Below, piece after piece: positions 57,993 to 64,000 of a stretch of 64,000 bases of DNA. Source of the DNA: a bacterium (GTDB taxonomy: Bacteria; Hinthialibacterota; Hinthialibacteria; Hinthialibacterales; Hinthialibacteraceae); assembly GCA_963662285.2 (NCBI GenBank), contig CAXXMV010000002.1, forward strand, positions 1 through 64,000. The letters are read 5' to 3'. Below the pieces are notes generated by a model. That model made no database searches and had not been told where the DNA came from. It saw only the letters and a list, made by a program, of their open reading frames with translations. A program made the translations under genes and the position numbers. How positions within the stretch are numbered: position 1 is the stretch's first letter; every line of letters begins with the position of its first letter.

Positions 57993-58973
57993 ATGCGTTA
58001 CCTGGAATTTGAAAAACCTCTCCGGGAGATTGAATCAAAAATTGAACAGCTTGAAGTCTATGCTTCATCACGAGATATTGACCTGTCAAGCGAAATCAAG
58101 CCCTTAAAAGAAAAATTACAGAATCTGCTGGAAGAGATTTTTTCGCAATTAACTCCCTGGCAGAAAGTTCAATTGGCTCGACACCCGGATCGTCCATATT
58201 GCCTTAATTATATCGATATGATTGCGGAAGATTTTATAGAGTTTCATGGAGATCGGGCTATTAGAGACGATGAAGCAATCGTGAGCGGGATGTGCTCTAT
58301 TGGTGGAAGATCTGTTGCTGTAATTGGTCACCAAAAAGGCCGTGATACCGAAGAAAACATTCGGCGAAACTTTGGGATGCCGAATCCTGAGGGATTTCGT
58401 AAAGCTCGACGTATTATGGAAACAGCGGAACGTATGCGCATACCCATAATAACCTTCATTGATTCTCCCGGCGCTTTTCCAGGAATTGGCGCCGAAGAAC
58501 GAGGTCAGCACTCCATAATCGCTGAAAATCTCGAAGCCATGTCGCAATATTCCGTTCCCATCATTTGCGTTGTTATCGGAGAAGGCGGCAGCGGCGGAGC
58601 GCTGGCTATAGGCGTCGGCAATCGAGTATTGATGCTGGAGAACGGCTACTATGCAGTATGTACTCCAGAAGCATGCGCCGCCATTATTTTGCGCGACCGA
58701 ACTAAAGCATCCACCGTAGCCAGCACTATGCGAATCGTATCGTCTGATCTGAAGGACCTTGAATTAATTGATGAGGTTATTGCTGAACCACTGGGCGGCG
58801 CGCATCGCAATCCAGAAGCAACCGCAGCCAATGTAAAAGAAGCCATTTTGCGCCACCTTGGAGAACTGGAGCAGATGGATAGAGAAGAAATTGTAGAAGA
58901 TAGGTATAAACGTTTCCGTAAAATGGGCGTATTATACGAAACTCAGCCAGTGGGAATATCTCCTGTAAATTGA
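57993..58973 (+). CDS. accA: Acetyl-CoA carboxylase carboxyltransferase alpha subunit
   Basis: YLEFEKP, ARHPDRP, HGDR...DD.AIV, NFGMPNPEG, GAEERGQ, GEGGSGGALA, EPLGGAHR. Confidence 0.97.
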   Translation: MRYLEFEKPLREIESKIEQLEVYASSRDIDLSSEIKPLKEKLQNLLEEIFSQLTPWQKVQLARHPDRPYCLNYIDMIAEDFIEFHGDRAIRDDEAIVSGMCSIGGRSVAVIGHQKGRDTEENIRRNFGMPNPEGFRKARRIMETAERMRIPIITFIDSPGAFPGIGAEERGQHSIIAENLEAMSQYSVPIICVVIGEGGSGGALAIGVGNRVLMLENGYYAVCTPEACAAIILRDRTKASTVASTMRIVSSDLKDLELIDEVIAEPLGGAHRNPEATAANVKEAILRHLGELEQMDREEIVEDRYKRFRKMGVLYETQPVGISPVN

Positions 58974-59196
58974 TATTCCACATATATATCCAAATCTTAT
59001 AGATTTAACTGTATTTATATATTTGCATTCATATACGCTTAAGCGTTAGTGCAATCGTCAGTAATCATTCCTTATTGAAATCTCTGGATTTGTTCAAAGT
59101 CTCTTTTTCGAAGACCAAACTTGATAATAAACGAACTATTTTTGATAATTGCTTTTGAAATATCACTTTTAATTAACTCATAAGAGATAAAATAAT

Positions 59197-61620
59197 ATGG
59201 CCCGCAAACCACGAAAAACTATCCAAACAATAAAGGTTCCACAACCGACTAATGAAGAAATCTTTATGGATGATTTGTTAACAGAGGATGATACGCAGGA
59301 GATAAAAGATGCAAAGTATCCTTTATTGCCTTTGCGGGATGTAGTTATCTATCCGGGAATGATAATCCCCTTATTTGTCGGACGACCGAAATCAGTTTCC
59401 GCCTTGGAAGCTGGCATGCAAAAAGATAAGCGGCTTATATTGGTCGCCCAGAAAAAAATTGACCTCGATGAACCAAAGCCCAAAGACCTCTACACCATTG
59501 GCACATTAGTAAATTTACTTCAATTACTTAAATTGCCGGATGGTTCAATCAAAGTTCTAGTAGAAGGAACGCACCGCGTCCGCATTAAAAAAATTGTAGA
59601 CAATGATGAATATCTAGAAGCAGATGTTGAACTAATAAATGAACGTATAGAAACAGGTCCCAAAATTAAAGCTCTTCTTCGACATGTAAACGAGCAATTT
59701 GAAACCTATGTCAAACTGAACCGTAAAGTTCCTCAGGAAACTCTTTTATCCTTCGTCAATCTGGATGATCCAGGACGCGTTACCGATAATATTGCGGCGC
59801 ATCTATCGGTCAAGGTAGCTGAAAAACAACGCCTTCTTACCAGTGCAAGCCCATCCACCAGACTTAAATTTCTTTCTCAGATACTTCAAAATGAACTGGA
59901 AATTCTTGAGTTAGAACAAAATATCAAGAATGATGTCCGCAAGCAGATGGAACAATCGCAAAAAGAGTATTATCTGCACGAACAGATCAAAGCCATTCAA
60001 CGCGAACTTGGTAAAGACAGCGAGGGTAGTGAAGATTGGAGTAAATACGGCGACCGCATTAAAAAAGCCAAAATGAGTAAAGAAGCTGAAGAAAAAGCCT
60101 ACGAGGAATTAGAGCGCCTTTCCAGCATGCCTCCTCTCTCTCCGGAATCAGCCGTTGTAAGAAATTATCTTGATTGGCTGTGCGATCTTCCCTGGTCTAA
60201 ATATTCCAAAGATAGATTAAATATAGACGAAGCCGAAGTTATTCTTGACGAAGACCATTATGGATTAGAAAAACCCAAAGAACGAATCCTGGAGTTTTTA
60301 GCTGTCCGCAAACTCAAAAACGACTTGAAAGGGCCTATTCTCTGTTTCACCGGTCCTCCAGGAGTTGGCAAGACCTCTCTGGGACGCTCCATCGCCCGTT
60401 CTCTGGGAAGAAAATTTGTACGCTTATCGCTGGGCGGAGTTCGAGACGAAGCAGAAATCCGCGGTCATCGCCGAACCTATATCGGTTCTATGCCCGGTCG
60501 GATAATTCAATCACTCAAAAAAGTAAAATCACGCAATCCTGTCTTTTTGTTGGATGAGATTGACAAAATGAGCCAGGATTTTCGCGGCGATCCTTCATCC
60601 GCTCTGCTCGAGGTTCTTGATCCTGAACAGAATAATTCTTTCAGCGACCATTTTTTAGAAGTGGAATTCGATTTATCCGATGTGATGTTCATTGCAACCG
60701 CCAATGTTATTCATCCTGTTCCACCGGCTTTGCAAGATCGAATGGAGATTATCGAGATACCCAGTTATACCGAAGAAGATAAAGTCCACATCGCCCAAGA
60801 CTTTTTAGTTCCCAAACAAATTAATAATCATGGATTAACCCGGTATAAGCCGCGCATCACTAAACAAGCGGTTTTACAGGTGATCCGCGACTATACCCGT
60901 GAAGCTGGAGTTCGAAACCTGGAACGCGAATTGGCTTCCGTTTGCCGTAAAATCGCCCGGAAAGTTACCAAGAAGCAATTTAAGCAAAATTCCACCGTTA
61001 CCCCTAAAACAGTTAATGATCTTTTGGGCGTACCACGGTTTCGTGAAGCTGAAATCGGGCGGGAAAACGGAATTGGTCATGCAACCGGACTAGCGGTTAC
61101 CAGCGTTGGCGGCGAAGTGCTCTCCACTGAAGTAACTGTTATGGAAGGCACTGGCCAACTCATTCTGACAGGAAAACTCGGCGAAGTCATGCAGGAATCG
61201 GCCAAAGCGGCTCTCAGTTTCACTCGTACGCGCACCAAGCAACTCGGTTTGGCAAGAGATTTTTATAAACGATTCGACATCCACGTTCATGTACCGGAAG
61301 GCGCCATCCCCAAAGACGGTCCCTCCGCCGGTATAACTATCGCGTCAACCATGATATCCGCTCTGACGGGACGTCCCATCGTCGATAATCTGGCCATGAC
61401 TGGTGAGATCACCCTACGCGGCAGGGTGCTTCCTATTGGAGGAGTTAAAGAGAAAGTCCTGGCGGCTCACCGAGCTGATATAAATTGCGTTATCCTGCCC
61501 GAAGATAACCGTAAAGACATCCCCGACATCCCCCAACATGTATTAGAGAAAATGGAAATTATTTTTGTCAGCCAAATGGATCAGGTTTTAGAAAGAGTTT
61601 TAGTAAAAGCGGGGAAATAG
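59197..61620 (+). CDS. lon: ATP-dependent Lon protease
   Basis: LON N-domain [47 protein letters not shown]. Confidence 0.98.
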   Translation: MARKPRKTIQTIKVPQPTNEEIFMDDLLTEDDTQEIKDAKYPLLPLRDVVIYPGMIIPLFVGRPKSVSALEAGMQKDKRLILVAQKKIDLDEPKPKDLYTIGTLVNLLQLLKLPDGSIKVLVEGTHRVRIKKIVDNDEYLEADVELINERIETGPKIKALLRHVNEQFETYVKLNRKVPQETLLSFVNLDDPGRVTDNIAAHLSVKVAEKQRLLTSASPSTRLKFLSQILQNELEILELEQNIKNDVRKQMEQSQKEYYLHEQIKAIQRELGKDSEGSEDWSKYGDRIKKAKMSKEAEEKAYEELERLSSMPPLSPESAVVRNYLDWLCDLPWSKYSKDRLNIDEAEVILDEDHYGLEKPKERILEFLAVRKLKNDLKGPILCFTGPPGVGKTSLGRSIARSLGRKFVRLSLGGVRDEAEIRGHRRTYIGSMPGRIIQSLKKVKSRNPVFLLDEIDKMSQDFRGDPSSALLEVLDPEQNNSFSDHFLEVEFDLSDVMFIATANVIHPVPPALQDRMEIIEIPSYTEEDKVHIAQDFLVPKQINNHGLTRYKPRITKQAVLQVIRDYTREAGVRNLERELASVCRKIARKVTKKQFKQNSTVTPKTVNDLLGVPRFREAEIGRENGIGHATGLAVTSVGGEVLSTEVTVMEGTGQLILTGKLGEVMQESAKAALSFTRTRTKQLGLARDFYKRFDIHVHVPEGAIPKDGPSAGITIASTMISALTGRPIVDNLAMTGEITLRGRVLPIGGVKEKVLAAHRADINCVILPEDNRKDIPDIPQHVLEKMEIIFVSQMDQVLERVLVKAGK

Positions 61621-61638
61621 ATTCCCCGCTTTGCTTTC
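61606..61638 (+). terminator. Intrinsic terminator overlapping the lon stop
   Basis: aaagcggggaa/ttccccgcttt stem followed by gctttc. Confidence 0.7.
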
Positions 61639-61760
61639 ATATCAATTATAACCCCAATTGCAAAGAATGATTTTTCAACGACTAGTCCCTATAAAACTAA
61701 TAACGTATGAATTATCTTTTTAAAACGATGTAGTCAAATTACATATAGGACTTCGTTGCA

Positions 61761-63041
61761 ATGAAAAATAAATCTATAGCACGACGAAAACTTTTACTAC
61801 AAACAGCCGCCAGCACGGCTTTGATCGCCGCCCCTGGAGTATCCCTCAGCGCTGAGTCGAAATCTCAATCTGAGGGTTCGTCCGAAACAAACATTACAAC
61901 AAAGGCGGATGTATTGGTCATTGGCGGAGGAACCGCTGGAGTAATAGCAGCCATCCAATCCGCCAGAGCTGGCGCCAAAACAGTCCTGCTCGAACGTGGC
62001 AGCCAACTTGGCGGCACAATGACCGTGGGCGGAGTCGCCTTTCCCGGATTATTCCACGCTTGGGGTAAACAGATTATATCCGGCATTGGCTGGGAACTGG
62101 TTACTGAATCCGTCGCTATGGATAACGGCGAACTGCCCGATTTTTCCACGCCGCCCTCCAGGCACTGGAAACACCAGGTGCAAATCAACCAATTTATATA
62201 TGCGTTACTCGCCGAAGAGAAATGCTTAAAAGAAGGGGTGACAATTGTATATTACGAATTTCCTCTATCTATTGAGCAATCGGCGAAAGGTTGGATGCTT
62301 GAAAGTGTTGGCCCCGGTATTCGCCGTAAAATATTTAGTAAACAATTGATTGATTGCACCGGCGGCGCCGATGTGGTTGGAATGCTCAAGATGCCGCGCC
62401 TTCGCGAGCAAGAAACGCAGCCCGGATCAATGTTGTTCAAGTCGGGCGACGCATATCAACCTGGACGTGAACAACTGCAAGCCGTCTATGTTCATGGCGC
62501 CGATTCCTCAAGTTCAATCACCCGGACGGAAGCCAATCTCAATGGACGTCAGTCTATACTCAAGCAACTTCGTCAAAAACAAGCTCAGGGAAATGAACCA
62601 GCTCGCCTGATACAAATGCAGCCTGAAGCAGCCTTTCGCGAAAGTTACCGCATCCTCGGCGAAACCATCATAACCCATCAAGACTATACTTCTGGACGCA
62701 AATTCGAAGACGCTGTTTGTTATGCTTTTTATCCCATCGACCTTCACACCAGTGAAGGCGTTAAACCTAAGCCTTTGGCTCAAGGCGTGGTTCCAACAGT
62801 GCCGCTACGGGCGCTGGTTCCAAAGAACAGCCGTAACATTCTGGTAGCCGGGAGATGCGTATCAAGCGACAGGCTGGCAAACTCAGCCCTGCGCGTTCAA
62901 GCTTCCTGCATGGCTATGGGTCAAGCCGCTGGCGCCGCAGCTGCGCTGGCCGTACAACGGAAGACAACACCTCTTGAAGTTCCCTTGGATGATATACGGG
63001 ATTTGTTGTGCAAGAATAATGCGATAGTACCAGGTTCTTAA
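61761..63041 (+). CDS. Tat-exported FAD-dependent oxidoreductase (PF12831-like)
   Basis: ARRKLL signal; VIGGGTAGV.AA, IDCTGGADV, RESYRI.G, YPIDLH, AGRCVS, RVQASCMAMGQAAG. Confidence 0.88.
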   Translation: MKNKSIARRKLLLQTAASTALIAAPGVSLSAESKSQSEGSSETNITTKADVLVIGGGTAGVIAAIQSARAGAKTVLLERGSQLGGTMTVGGVAFPGLFHAWGKQIISGIGWELVTESVAMDNGELPDFSTPPSRHWKHQVQINQFIYALLAEEKCLKEGVTIVYYEFPLSIEQSAKGWMLESVGPGIRRKIFSKQLIDCTGGADVVGMLKMPRLREQETQPGSMLFKSGDAYQPGREQLQAVYVHGADSSSSITRTEANLNGRQSILKQLRQKQAQGNEPARLIQMQPEAAFRESYRILGETIITHQDYTSGRKFEDAVCYAFYPIDLHTSEGVKPKPLAQGVVPTVPLRALVPKNSRNILVAGRCVSSDRLANSALRVQASCMAMGQAAGAAAALAVQRKTTPLEVPLDDIRDLLCKNNAIVPGS

Positions 63042-63144
63042 AGACAAGGATTTGTATCAATCACCCAATCATTACCAAATCCAGATCATCCTTTCATCCA
63101 GTGAATCCTGATTCAGACAAAAACAGACATGTATTTTTGTGGAA

Positions 63145-63999
63145 TCACTGAGCGCGTTTGGTGATCCGAACCACTCTCGCCATAGCCCAATCAGCGTGAT
63201 CTGAATCAATGCCATCCGGGCCTCCGTCCACCACCAGTTTAATGCGGTTGGTTTTATTATCGGGCAGTTCAATCGATATCATGCGTGGGGGAGTGGTGGG
63301 CATGGTCAATGGACTGACGTAGCGGTGTTGATCATTCACCCAAACCGTGAAAGTTACCGTGGCGACGTCGGGTGATTCCTGATATTTTTGCATGGCCTCA
63401 TAATCAACCCCGGCATAGCATTGGAAAAGCTGATAATCCCCCGGAACTTCAAATTCTACCCGCGAAACGGCATGCGCTCCCAAGCCATAACGGTAGATGG
63501 TTTTGCCAATTTGCAATTGCCTGTCATCGGTGGAGAGATCGGCTTTTAACTGTCCATAGCCCGATTGCGGCTTATCGATTATTTCAGGTGGAATCAAAGG
63601 CCACTGCTGTTCGACTTCGGTGGGCGACAATTCACTCAAATAAAGCACATAAGGATCATCTTGACGGTAATGAGACCGCATAAACAATATAGTAATCCCC
63701 AGGCAAATAGATACCGCCAAAGTTTTAGCCATGATGGCCATCTTCTTTTCCGGCAACAACGGAACCAGATATTCGTAAGCGGTAAAACATGCGTATAGCA
63801 CTACATTAATAAACGCAACCGCCGTTCCCCAAGCTGAATCGATATCCTGCACCACGGTGGAGTTTCCAAACAACGGGCATACCGCCATCAGGTTGATCAG
63901 ATACGTTACACTGAAGGCCATAAAGAAAAATCGTCGCACCGCGCCGCCCGCCGCCAATGGCGCCGCGAAGACAAAATATGGAAATAAATACCGTTCATG
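63145..63999 (-). CDS. Membrane glycosyltransferase-like protein with C-terminal NPCBM/NEW2 domain (5' part outside window)
   Basis: Frame open to the window end with HERYLFP (HERY motif seen in GT-C mannosyltransferase-like proteins); NPCBM: YLSEL...GYG..K.D.S...LQIG..Y..GLGAHA.S..F..GVD...DHADWA.A. Confidence 0.75.
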   Translation of the reverse strand, partial: HERYLFPYFVFAAPLAAGGAVRRFFFMAFSVTYLINLMAVCPLFGNSTVVQDIDSAWGTAVAFINVVLYACFTAYEYLVPLLPEKKMAIMAKTLAVSICLGITILFMRSHYRQDDPYVLYLSELSPTEVEQQWPLIPPEIIDKPQSGYGQLKADLSTDDRQLQIGKTIYRYGLGAHAVSRVEFEVPGDYQLFQCYAGVDYEAMQKYQESPDVATVTFTVWVNDQHRYVSPLTMPTTPPRMISIELPDNKTNRIKLVVDGGPDGIDSDHADWAMARVVRITKRAQ

Positions 64000-64000
64000 A

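Noticed and set aside
58974-59196. CIRCE/heat-shock operator upstream of lon
   Set aside because: No TTAGCACTC-N9-GAGTGCTAA match.
1-64000. CRISPR array, prophage, integrase or transposase
   Set aside because: No regularly spaced direct repeats, and no phage, integrase or DDE motifs in any ORF.

Overview
A bacterial chromosomal segment of moderate GC (roughly 43-46% by eye) that is mostly housekeeping. Recognisable genes are pyrG, lptC/lptA-like, efp, purC, galT, uvrB, araB, tRNA-Cys, hom-apgM-lysC, cimA, accA and lon. These are interleaved with many envelope and secreted-protein genes: Wzz-like, SurA-like, three GT-C glycosyltransferases, two GT4, a UbiA-family polyprenyl-phosphoribosyltransferase, a 2163-aa acidic surface protein, a P-domain/FG-GAP protein and an S8 protease. 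The Pro/Thr linkers, single dockerin-like tail and C-terminal DWxLY motif suggest a diderm candidate-phylum organism such as Hinthialibacterota/OLB16 or Sumerlaeota (inference only). I saw no CRISPR array, prophage, integrase or transposase. Most notable points: (1) an orphan GspE/PilB-family ATPase fused behind a signal peptide, a periplasmic TPR region, a membrane anchor and a zinc ribbon, i.e. a receptor-like transmembrane motor; (2) the palindrome GGCGCC is strongly over-represented (about 60 copies by manual count, some in AT-rich spacers), resembling a HIP-type signal; (3) a giant protein built from three copies of a domain carrying large insertions, followed by a GspC/PilP-like gene, SurA and Wzz; (4) a dispersed family of TA(G/T)AGCG-ended MITE-like elements; (5) a tandem pair of YvyF-like zinc-finger proteins outside any flagellar operon. 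All assignments come from reading motifs, not from database searches.
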